A stretch of DNA of 56,555 nucleotides, the filler included, from Dirinaria sp. TL-2023a (Eukaryota): NCBI GenBank assembly GCA_051941275.1. It is 5 parts of 5 records of this genome, joined end to end, with 100 filler letters (N's around TTAATTAATTAA, not from the genome) between each part and the next. Parts side by side here need not be neighbours in the genome. Positions count along the whole stretch, not along the records: positions 34,031 to 45,245 come from JAVEBF010000862.1; positions 45,346 to 56,555 come from JAVEBF010000863.1; 3 more parts are not named here. The stretch is one strand, 5' to 3'. Below the pieces are notes generated by a model. The model had not been told where the DNA came from. It saw only the letters and a list, made by a program, of their open reading frames with translations, and did no database searches. Every line of letters begins with the position of its first letter. The stretch's first letter is position 1. This document shows, piece after piece, positions 36,911 through 47,981 of the stretch. Position numbers and translations under genes: made by a program.

Positions 36911-37879
36911 ATGGCTGCTCCCTCAAGTTCCTCGGCGCAAGCCACCGCAGGGGCCAACGAGCCAGCTTTGTCTGAGCATGAAGCAGCACTGGCTTTACTT
37001 GATTTACACAGACAAGCCATGAGAGCGCAACAGGAAAAAGAACATCAAGAGCAACTGGAGAAAGAACTTCAAGAGGCTTTCCACACGAGCACGGGAGGCA
37101 ATGACGACGAAGATGTTGCAATGAGCACCGATGACGACCTTACCTATATCGAGAGCGAGACATCGAGCGCAACCACCGATAGCGAATTCGCTAGAATCCT
37201 CGCAGCCTCTTCCAAGCCTAGCTCACCGGCCTATAAAATGCTTGACACGACTGCCTCACGGACCTCACCAACCGTTTTTCAAACAGCGTTCAGCCAAGAG
37301 AACCTTGACGCGAGCACGGGTGCTGACGGCGACGACGATGTTGCAATGACCACTGATGATGATCTCACTTCCATCGCTAGCGAAACATCGAGCGCAACGA
37401 CTGATAGCGACATGGCTAGGATCATCGCACCTTATCTCCCACCCGCCTCACCAGCCGTTTCTGAGGGAGGTTCCAGCCAGGACAGCGAGTTGACGGAAAT
37501 CATCGACACGGGACTCACACCACCTACTTCACCGTTCTCGAAAGACGGCCAGTCCGTAATACCAGCTATACCCTCCGAGCAGCGTAGGCGCCTCGGGCTG
37601 CTAGCACGCGGCGAGGAAGGCTATGATAACGCTGAACCCATGGAACAGTGGGAGTGGCTTTCACTGGCGAAGATAGCGGATGAGGCTCGAGAGCGCGCTC
37701 GAGAGCAGGAAGAGCAGTATCGGCAGCATGAGGATGAGTGGGAAGAAGAATGGGCGTTGAGGTTTCCAATTGATGGTTTGAACGACGGAGAAGATAGTGA
37801 GTACGAAGAAAAAGGGAACGGAAAGCGAAATGGAGGCGGCAAGAAGCGCGAGCAAAAAAAGGTCAAGGTTGAAAGCTGA
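36911..37879 (+). CDS. Hypothetical acidic disordered protein with an internal 39-aa duplication and basic C-terminal NLS-like tail
   Basis: Intronless ORF (could start at 36797). STGGNDDEDVAMSTDDDLTYIESETSSATTDSEFARILA vs STGADGDDDVAMTTDDDLTSIASETSSATTDSDMARIIA. Confidence 0.7.
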   Translation: MAAPSSSSAQATAGANEPALSEHEAALALLDLHRQAMRAQQEKEHQEQLEKELQEAFHTSTGGNDDEDVAMSTDDDLTYIESETSSATTDSEFARILAASSKPSSPAYKMLDTTASRTSPTVFQTAFSQENLDASTGADGDDDVAMTTDDDLTSIASETSSATTDSDMARIIAPYLPPASPAVSEGGSSQDSELTEIIDTGLTPPTSPFSKDGQSVIPAIPSEQRRRLGLLARGEEGYDNAEPMEQWEWLSLAKIADEARERAREQEEQYRQHEDEWEEEWALRFPIDGLNDGEDSEYEEKGNGKRNGGGKKREQKKVKVES

Positions 37880-40396
37880 GCTTCCGATGAACGCTCGAAA
37901 AATTGAGTAGCGTGTTGAGAGTTGTAGTGACGAAGAGAAGGGCGGAGAGTAATTAATATTGGGCGGCATTGGGAAAGGAGAGAGGCGATGGATATCATGA
38001 GGGGCAGGGTTCCTGAGAAAAGTAATGTCTAATAACAGTGTGGGTCCAAAAAAAGAGAAGCCCAAAAACGTATGCTTGCGAACCTGAGATCATATCTGAC
38101 TTTCCACAATCTCCTCTTCGTCACTTGCTCTCATTCTTCACTTGATTTCTGTCTTATTCGTCCTTGGTTGTAGAATTGATTGGTGAACTGAAGGCAGCCG
38201 TACTCCTTCATAGCTAATGAAGTGGTTGTGGGTAGTGAATTGGCGTCAGGAGTTCTGATAAATTCTGACACAGTGGACAATCTTGCAGTGAGGAAGGATT
38301 CGATTGCTATCCTCCAAGCCCATCCTCACTTGCGAATGTCGACATTATCCCCTCGGTGTGTTTAGATGGGTGTTTTTACGCCCCTCATCGACATGCCATA
38401 ATCAGCCTTCATCAGGTAGGTATCCATTGTTTGATCATCCGGATTGCGATTCCTCATACCATGACATAGACCAAATAAATCGGATCGCGCCGAAAGAATC
38501 TCACTGCATATAAGGTAGTACTCGTATAGATTGTTTCAAGATACGAGGATTGTGCGAGCTGTATCTGCCGCTCTGTGACGGAAGGTCGCGGTATTCGCCA
38601 TGAAACGTCTCGAATCCTCTGACCTGAAGCTACATAACCGTCGATCCTGGGGAGGTAGGGTAAAACACAGTAGTCCCGATGCATTGTAGGAGCTTTGCAA
38701 TACATGAGGGGTCTCATAACTGTTAAAGCCTTGAAAGTCGATACAAACGTGAGCAGTGACAAATGCCAGGCTCTGTGCGCCAGGTCAATGATCAAGTCAA
38801 AAGGGGAGTGGCAATATTAACGACAGTGTATCCGTTGGCATGCAGTCGCAATGATACGTAGACCAGGTCATTCGACGAACGTCCGACGCTGGTAAGAGAG
38901 GATTTCCCATTAGCGATTCTGTGAAAGCCGGCTCAAGCAAGGCAGACACCACGCATAGAGAAGTACATCAAGCGATGCTTATACTCTGCATCAAGGTCTG
39001 ACACCTCGGTATGTATATAAGATCAGAAAGCGGCGATGATTTGCGTGGAATGATGATACAAGAGCCGTGTTTGGAATTGCAGGTGAATTGCACACGGGGA
39101 ACCGTATGACATTGCGAAGACGCTCGAGAATAGAGACTTTTGGATAATGCATAGAGATGCGTGAAAGGCTGATGAAAGCCATAGATAATCAGAGACAGCG
39201 AACCCCAGTGCAACGTTCCAAAGTTGAGTGCGATAGACTTGTATCGGGAAATCGCAAAGATCTTCTCTGATAAGACGGTAATAACAGTGGGCAGGATGTG
39301 CCCAAGTTATCGGAAATGGACTGGTGTCCGCTTTTTTCGCTGTTTTCGAGGGTCAACGCACAAAGGATGACTCAAGCGGCTCGGACTAGCAGGATGCAAT
39401 GCCTTATCGTTCATCAAAACGCGAAAATCATGGTGCAACACGTAGCGCCAGCAAGGCATAGCAATTGCTGGCAGCCAAGTCCTGCAACGCCCAGAAGGTG
39501 GGGACGGAAACGGGTCTTGGAGGGCGATGGGTTTCTATGAGTGGATGATCAGATGCAGAGCGATAACAGGGGTTCTAAGGATACGATATGCGTACCACAA
39601 AATTGGCAACTATTATGTTCGCCAACCACCCGCTTTTTTCGCTTAATTGGACCCCCTTTCAAGGCCTTCACTTACTCCGTACATTGTTCTTGTGACGCTA
39701 TCCGTAATTGCAGAAGCACGCCAGTAATCTGTCTTGATGGCCTTGTTATAAAATAAACGAAATTTATCAAAGTCGTTTTGCTTCTTGCTTGAGTTCGCAA
39801 CGAGCTCGATCAAATGAAAAGCAGAAGATGATGTAAAGAGTCGCAAGCTTGAGATGAGAAACTGCCTTGTGCACATGCAAATATCTGAAGTTCCTACGCA
39901 TCCCCCTATCGAGGAAAGGTTAACGAATAAAATGAGGCTGAGCGAAGGCGCGAGACAGCGAAAGGGCGACGTAGCAGCTTCTGTAATTTGTGAGGGAGAT
40001 GACGCATAAACCTGTATCAGGTTAGTTGCCTGGCCGGAAGCAGCCAGGCATTTAAGCTGCAGGCACTGCCATAGGTGCTGGATTTTTTTCGTAGGCAGAG
40101 GTAGATCACTCGTATTCACCCGGAGACTGCTGATCCTTGCAGTCATTTTGGACATGTGAAAATCGGCGCAACTCCTGCGTAGTGAGCCAGATCATCTCAC
40201 GCTTGACGCACGAGCCGCCAGGGTACTGCATCCCATTTGACAGAAACGAAAAGCATGCCAAGTGTGTCGCGCTGACCTTCACTATCAAATCGGATCGGTA
40301 AAGAGTGATCTCCCAACAGAGGACACCTTGCTACCCCAATCCAGAAAATCCCACCTTCTATAGACGTACAATTATAGATCGGGCACCCATTCCTGC

Positions 40397-41790
40397 TCAG
40401 CTTTTCGTCTCCTGTGTCCGCATTGGGTATGATGCGGAATAATTTTCGAGCTCGAAATCGCTATTGGTAAAGTGTATGTTCTGGCTCACATGAATGCTGT
40501 CAAGAGGTACGAAAGGGGCTCGGTTGCTAGAATTGCTAGGATCCTCTCGTCTGTGACGCGAGAAGTACCATCTTGAGTGGCCTCTTGATTCTGTTCTTGA
40601 GGATTTGACAAAGGTGCTCTTGATAATAAGACCTAAAGCCCAGAAAAAAGCGTAAAGTCTACTAGGTGCAGTACCTTGTCTCCCTCTGCCAGGTTGATTT
40701 CCGCTGCGGCTCGTGATGAAAAGTTGACGAAATGATGCAAGGCAGGCAATGATGATTGCTTGTTTTGAGGCATAACAGTCAACAATCAGCTTTCGGCTGG
40801 GACATTAGAAGCACATACAAGTTGTCATCTCAATACTGCTCCAAAGGTAGAGCCAAGAAGTTGATGGGTTTCTGGTGGGCGAATTCACCACGGCCACTCG
40901 AACGATCGAGACAACGATGACAACGACAGTCAACGAGAAGACTGCTATTAACACAAGCTTCTTGCGCAACGGTATTTTCACGCGCCAGACGATCATAAAG
41001 GGAAGCGAAAGGACTGCTTGATAGTCAACAAGTAATTTAGAATAGGATGTTAATATCGACATACTGAGGCAGTCCGTGACCACGTCCACCACGCAATTGG
41101 CAACCAGAGTATGGAATTGAAAAAGCACCGATTGTGCATTTTTGCAGTGGGCTTCAAAGCATTAAACACATCATCGTGTGGAAATGAGTCATGGGAAGAC
41201 TTACAAGTAACATAGATCCAATAGTACGAGCCCAAAGAACATTTCCAAGGTATGTCTCCAATACAAGCAGCCCAAGCAAGCACGGTAATGCCAAAAATGC
41301 TCCACCACCATATACGTTGACCTCTGACGTTAGACCGCAGTCTCCGGAAAAATAGCAGTAGCGATATTTTGACAGCCCACAGGCAGGAGTAAAAAAGAAT
41401 AGTGAACGGGACAATGGAGCGCAGCAACTCGATGTCTCTGTTGATGAATTCAGGGGTGAAAGGCGCAACCCCTGACTGGACGGCGTATTGTAAATACAAT
41501 GTGGGCGCTTCTATTTGCCATAAGATTGCAAAAGCAAGCAGCATTATCCATGCGGCGACAACAAGGTAGTCATCGGAGTACAACCGTCGGAAAGATCTCA
41601 GCTTGACGTACAAGCGGAATACCAAGAAGCACGACGACGCCGCTACTCCGCTCCATAGAAGACCCTAAGAGATTTAGTATGGAGGCTTAAAAGCTGTTGA
41701 CGGTCTTTGCAAACTTACGAGAAAAGTCGATTCGGTGACAACAGCATATTCGGCTATCGGCTTATTGACGCCTGGGGTAGTATTCGACAT
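40397..41790 (-). CDS. PTH11-like (rhodopsin-domain) integral membrane protein, no CFEM domain
   Basis: FRLYVKL..RRLYSDDY, WAVKISLLLFFRRL, DVVTDCL.LSLPF, SIVRV, WSSIEM, IIACLASFRQLF. Introns 41718-41665, 41204-41152, 41064-41014, 40818-~40759. Confidence 0.88.
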
Positions 41791-42819
41791 GATTTCAAGC
41801 TCGAATGTATGTATAACAGGGTACGAATGTATATCATAGATGAGGAGATATGGCGCACGAGCATACCTTATAGTCGTGCCAGATATGCAATTCGTGCATC
41901 AACTGGAGCGGGTCAAACCAAGTGGCAAAGTGACGGTAGTACCAAGATTGAGGTGTCACTGCATCACAGTCGCTATGAGTGGCATCGTCATCGGCATACA
42001 GTCTGCATACCTGATTTTCGGGTCGCCTATTGAGCCTCAAGCCCCTCACTAAGTACTATATTTGTGCTAGGATTAATTTCGGGAGGGGCGTCAGCAGTGA
42101 TCGCCGCTCTGCAGACACCTTGATGCCTGCAGACATATTGGAATATCGAGCTGCCATTTCATATTTTGGAAAAGCCATACGTGTGATTGTGTAGGAAAAA
42201 TCGCTTAAAGGCAGCGCGAGGGTGGAATAGTATCGAGGCTTTCTCTACCAGTCCGGCTTCTTTGGGGTCTCAAATAGAAAATTCCTTGCGTATGATTTTC
42301 CTAGACCTTAGGATCCTAGCCTTTACACGACTAGTATCATTCATCGACTAATTGCTGTATCTCGTCTCGGGTGCAAAACAGCCAAGAGTATTGGAAAGGT
42401 CACCGCTTGCTTGATTATTGGCGGTTCCATTGATAAGTTCGACTTCTGCAGGCGGCGCAGATGACACCGTTTCAGCTTCAGAATCACCGAGAGATTAGTC
42501 TTGAGTATCATTAGCATTAATTGGCGTTTCGCCCTCTGAGCGCCACTTAATGCAGCGAGGCATCTCCTATTGTTAATTACGGTTGCTGCAACATAGAGTG
42601 CTCATTACCCATTCTGCCTGTCGTGATAGCCTTGCTATCCTGTGGCAGTGTGGCTAAGTCTCCCCAACTGCTGCGAGGGACTACTCTTATTTCATCCTAG
42701 GTATGGATAGGTCATCTGCTGTACGTTAGTCACCAGCTGGGTCCAAGTGTTTACTTGATCTTGATGTGTCAGGATAACAAGTGAGATTATGGAGGTACAA
42801 GACAGGGAGTCGGCTAATT

Positions 42820-43325
42820 GTGCTAACTCGATCTGGGTATTTGTTAGATCTCTGTCGTGTGCAGTTAGCCAAACCTGACTTCCGGCAAAAAACCAAAAAC
42901 TTGAAATTGGAAAATGATTTTCGCAAATACATGATAATACAAGTTATCAAATGCTGTGTCGCCGTGGCTTCGTCTATCTTACTGCCTAGTATACTGCCTG
43001 CCATACTCGTTTTCACCCCTTAATTTGAAATAAAAGGTTGGGTATCTTAGGGTTGTACGAATTTTGTGTTGTACCCTAATTCTTTCAAGTTGAGAGTCCA
43101 ACGCAGACAGTATGACAAGCACTATGACATGCAATATAATAGACAGTATGGCAAGCGATATGATAGATAAAATCGCTGCGGCAAAGCGTTTGAAGACTCG
43201 TATTACGATTTTTGCAATGTGAAAACCATTTGCCAATCTTGAATCGTTGATTTTTTGCCGGAAGTCAGGTTTGTTCAACTGCACACGACAGAGATTTCAC
43301 AAGAACCTAGATTCAGCTAGCGCAA
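42820..43325. repeat. Foldback element: ~190-bp imperfect inverted arms around a ~130-bp core (MITE-like)
   Basis: Left arm ATCTCTGTCGTGTGCAGTTAGCCAAACCTGACTTCCGGCAAAAAA matches the reverse complement of the right arm (..TTTTTTGCCGGAAGTCAGGTTTGTTCAACTGCACACGACAGAGAT). Similarity continues to ~43007 and ~43141. Confidence 0.85.
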
Positions 43326-44213
43326 AATTCTGTATTTGCAGTGATTGGTTTCTACTCTCTCTTATATTTCCTGTGCATAATTCACCGTTTATGCAACACA
43401 GCAACGCCGCCGATTGATAAGACCGTACGGGACCAGTATGTATATCATTGTCCGAAGAAATAATTCGCGAAAATTACACAGCGACAATTATTTTTGAATA
43501 CGGTTCCATGCGGATCACTCTCCCTGTAGGATTGTCTGAAATTGGCGTTAAATAATGACGTGCTCGCTTCAATATCTACGTAAGATGTTTTGGAGATACC
43601 TTAAGCATTTGCTGTTATCACTGGAGGACCCTTTATTGTGGGAAGAGGGGAACCCCTCTAGTCAACCAGAGACTGGCATCGAACGGATTATGAGGGCGCC
43701 CCTGAGCATGCTGAAGGAGTTTCATTTGAAGTGCCCCAAGAGTAATTCTCCCCTAAGTACAATAAGTGCTATTTTTCCAAAGATAAATAGATCAGCTGTC
43801 CGTTGGCGGCCGCGATGACAAATTTCGCAATGCTCTTAAAGCCCGCGAAAGCCGTTCAGTCCAACCCAAGGTCTTCCCTGCTATGCAGGCTTCTTGTAAG
43901 CCTTCCTATATCTTTGTCAAGACTCAATGTCTGCATTGTTAAGTGACAGGGTTTTGAAAGGTGTTGCCATGACAGCAACACAACACGCTAGGAACAAGCG
44001 AGGTATTCAATAGGTCGGCTTTCAAGATATCAACTATTGAAAAAGCCATGAGAAAATAATAGTGAGGCCGTCGACCAACTCGGATATCTGTAAGCATCTG
44101 CCAAAGCAAGGACTGAAAGGTGGCGCGTCGCTTGACTCAGCTTCGTAATCTTACAATTTCTTCAACACATTTCCGTCTTGCACAAACCGACATTCTATGA
44201 CGCAACGGTCACC

Positions 44214-45245
44214 ATGAGGGACTCATGTGATTCAAAAGAAGAGCCGGCAGCCGTGACTGACGAGATGGCTATCAAATCTCTCGAGTTTGAAAAGCTCACA
44301 AACGAAACGTCTGCTAGTAAAGAAAGTGTTAACGAGGAGACTGACAGCAGAGCGCAAATTGACAAGACAGTCGAAGAAGAGAAATCAGTTAATGCGTCTT
44401 CGGAGGGTAAGCACCACCAAACCATGCTGCACAGTGCTCTGTTGGATTGCATGAATTGGACTGGCGCCGCCTTACAGAATGGTGCGACCATGATCTGGAA
44501 ATTTGCAAAGAATGCTTGTCCCAGTACTTGGCTACTCAAGTTATGCAAACGCCCATAGACCGAATCCAATGTCCAACCTGTGAACAGCGTCTTGACGCCG
44601 CTGTTATGAAGGATTTCGCGGACACAACGACATTCGATAAGTAAGATCTGGTTGTCAATCATTCTACCCTCGTAGCTGACGCCGATCAAAGATATGACAG
44701 AATCCTACTGAATCAGTACCTGAATCATATGCTGAGCCTGGCAGAAAAATACCAGGAATGTCGCAATCCTGACTGTGAGTCCGTTCAAATTTGCCATCCG
44801 GAAAAGGACAGCTATATCGTGTGCAGAGACTGTGAGACTAAGACATGCATTGGGTGTGATACCTTATGGCATGCTGCACAATCTTGCGAAGATCATCAAG
44901 CTACTGGTAAAGACGAGCAAGCTTTGAGAAAGGCGGAAACCGAGAAAGGGCAAGCCTTCATCGACAGCAAGTGTAAGCGCTGCCCCAAATGTGATTTCGC
45001 TGAGATCAAGGATGGAGGATGCGATCATGTTGTTTGTAAGTATGCTCCTGTTTTACCCCTTTCATTTGTTTTTTCGCTTTCTTTTACTCATAGAAACGGC
45101 AGGCTCAAACCCCAAATGCCGCTATGAGTATTGTTGGGGCTGTCTCGCCGATTATCAGGAAATATTGCGAGAAAGTAATGGTGCACACCGCATAGAATGC
45201 CCTCATCATTCGGAGAACCTCCCTAATCCACCCGAGCATTTGGGT
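44214..45245 (+). CDS. RBR (RING-IBR-RING, Ariadne-like) E3 ubiquitin ligase, 3'-partial; 5' frame break near 44400-44435
   Basis: CDHDLEICKECLSQY..CPTC (RING1), CRNPDC..CRDCETKTCIGCDTLWHAAQSC (IBR), CPKC..KDGGCDHVVC..CRYEYCWGC (RING2). Introns 44641-44691 and 45036-45102. Confidence 0.8.
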
Positions 45246-45345
45246 NNNNNNNNNNNNNNNNNNNNNNNNNNNNNNNNNNNNNNNNNNNNTTAATTAATTA
45301 ANNNNNNNNNNNNNNNNNNNNNNNNNNNNNNNNNNNNNNNNNNNN
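45246..45345. other. Artificial contig-joining linker
   Basis: N44-TTAATTAATTAA-N44. Confidence 0.98.
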
Positions 45346-45821
45346 TTGCTGAAATACGAGGTTTCGGACAGGGTGAGGGTCTTGAGGTCGGTCAGGAGGC
45401 TGTGATCGAGCCAGTGGCCTAGAGAATATATATCCGCACACAAGGCTCGTTGTGAGACACGATGGATGAAAAAATGATACAAAACAACAGCTAGCCACAC
45501 ACTCTGCGTCGCACTGCAACGGCACTCCCCCCATCGAGCATAAATCAAATCAAATCAATCAATTGATACGGTAAATAAAAAAAGCTTACCATCCATGAAA
45601 TCAGGCGAATACACCCTCCACCCCCCTCTCTTCGCATAGCTATCGGCCAAAACCCGGTTGTTGGGCAGCTCCCACCCGAACGCGTCGGGCACGATCACGA
45701 TGATTCCCCTCGGCTCTTCTTGCGGTTCCGCTATGTATGTGGGCAGGCCGTGGATTGTTTCCACGCGGCCCGTGGGAGTCCCCTCGTGCAGCGTCCCGCT
45801 GAAACAGGATCTGCATGCCAT
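45346..45821 (-). CDS. Dienelactone hydrolase family protein, 3'-partial
   Basis: MACRSCFSGTLHEGTPTG..HGLPTY..PDAFGW..NNRVLADSYA..VYSPDFMDG; intron 45589-45419. Confidence 0.88.
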
Positions 45822-46172
45822 GGCGTGCTATGGGGGGAATGAATGATGATGGGGATGATGATGAGGATAGAGATTTAATGAAAGGGTCGTTGGAAATGGA
45901 GGGGCGGGGGATGCATGGTGATGATGGAGCAGGAGGGAAGGCGATTGGGTGTCTGCAGAGCGTATGTGGGTTGATGCATGACAATGATGCTTGCTGTCGT
46001 CAGTATGTAAGGCTACGCGCACTATTACTACCTTATCTTATCTTCTATAGTGTAACCCTAATCAAAAGCCCTAAGATAGGGTAGGTGTATGTTTCTCACA
46101 GAATGGCGTGCGAATATACCATATGTACCTTACACAAGAAACCCCCGTATACATCCCTATTCTGCAACCAAA

Positions 46173-47624
46173 ATGGTAGGTCTGTCCCCTTTGAAAAATC
46201 TTTGATCTAAAGAGATATTAACAAACTCTCCCTAATCCACAGCCTCACGCCGCATCCACGCACTCCTTCCTCGACGGCACTTCGAAAGAAGAAACATACG
46301 CGATCTTGCTGAAAGAAGCCCAGGCGCTGTTTGAAGGCCAACGGAACTGGGTAAACCTCATAACCATTCTTTTCTTTTTTCTCTCTTTCTCTCATATCTT
46401 TGGGGAGAAATAATGTGTATAAAATGGGCTATAACTTGGCCCAGGTCTGGTAAGCAGGGGGGATTTTTCTTCAAATACGCTTCCTTATATGTCTAGCTTG
46501 TTTTTTTATTTTATGTTTTTGTGTCAAACTCATACACCCGCACTTCAGCGATTCTACTACCATTTGAGAGATATTAGACAACCGAAAAAAAAAATTTCTT
46601 GCAGTGGTTTACTTATCTCTGCTACATGTCACTATTCCACTTGTGTTCCCCCTTTTCCCCCCTCCCCCCGGGGGAAATGTACAGCCTGATTCTAATTCTG
46701 GGAAAACTTCAACTACTTAGCAACCTCGCCAACACCAGCTCTCTGCTCTGGTACGCATACCAATCTCTCCCTGCTCCATCAAATCAAGTGAACTGGGCTG
46801 GTAAATGCTCCCCTGTTGCCATCCAAAAAACCATCGCTCCCTTCCCCCTCCAAAAAAAAAAAAGCTGATATCCCCCCCCCGCGCCAGGATTCTATTTCAA
46901 ATCAACAACCTCACAAGTCCCACCTCCGGCGCATTCACAACAACAAAAACAGCACCACCACCACCACCACCAAGAAGAAGAGAAAGAAACACACCTGATC
47001 CTCGGCCCCTTCGCGGGGCGAGTCGCATGTCAAACGATCGCATTGGGACGGGGCGTGTGTGGTAGTGCAGCTGCTCGTACGTATATTCACATCCCCTCCT
47101 CTCCCTCCCCCACCAAATTAGCATTTCGATCGTGCAAATTCTATAATGAGGGGTTTCATGTAACTAACTGGATTCCAAAAAAAAACTTTTTTGATTGTAG
47201 AAAAGCGCACGATCCGCGTGACCAACGTGGAAGAGTTCGCGGGGCACATCGCGTGCGACGCGGAAACGAGGAGCGAGATCGTCGTGCCGATCCTGGTGCA
47301 GGGGGAGGTGAGTTTTTTCCTTTCTTTCTTTCCTTTTCATCCCTTTTCTTCTCTTTCTCTCCCCAAGTACATGCTCCCCGTTCCGTCGTCCTATCTACAC
47401 GGGCCTTTTGCTAGGTAGATATATCGAGACTCTGCTTTGAAAGCCAATCAGCAAGTTATGAGGAGAGCATACATGGCTGACAGATTTTTTCCTGGGTGGG
47501 ATTTTTAAAGGTGGTAGCGATTATTGATATCGATTGCAAAGTCCTGGCGGGACTCGACGAGGTGGATGAGAAGGGATTGGAGGCTTTGGCGCGTCTATTG
47601 GCGAGATCTTGCGATTGGAGGTGA
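46173..47624 (+). CDS. fRMsr: GAF-domain free methionine-R-sulfoxide reductase (yeast YKL069W-like), 7 exons
   Basis: Exons 46173-46175 (ATG), 46243-46350, 46445-46449, 46721-46800, 46888-47076, 47201-47307, 47511-47624. Motifs NWVCNLAN, VNWAGFY, LGPFAGRVAC, GRGVCG, GHIACDAETRSEIVVP, IIDIDC. Confidence 0.92.
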
Positions 47625-47981
47625 GAAAGAGGAACGGATGTAGTATAAGAGTTAAAGTCACAAAATCAATCTAAGCGGGCTGGATACTGAGTTCTTTCTT
47701 TCTTGTTTTTTTTTTTTTTTTTGGCTAAAGAGATTATTCGTGTGGGATGAAGCAGAGTTTGTTTTCTGCTGCTGCCTGCCTAATGTACAGTATGCAATAT
47801 TCTCTCCATCTACGGCTTTGCAGGGATTAACAGCCTAGCAGCAAAAGATTGCTTTTCTGAAAAAGCTTAACAACAATTGGTATCATTAATTGAAAGTGAG
47901 CAGGGCAAAAAAGAAGAAAAAATAACCGTGGTGAAAGTGGGGAATCTGTAGTTAAGAAATACTGGCCCAAGATTTGTTGCA

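Noticed and set aside
42726..43284. Pair of similar small ORFs on opposite strands (KPDFRQK..) as a toxin/antitoxin-like gene pair
   Set aside because: The similarity is fully explained by the DNA inverted repeat, and the ORFs begin at non-ATG codons.
28200..47624. Metabolic or defence gene cluster formed by esterase, HD hydrolase, NLR, PTH11-like, RBR, DLH and fRMsr genes
   Set aside because: These genes lie on different, artificially joined contigs.
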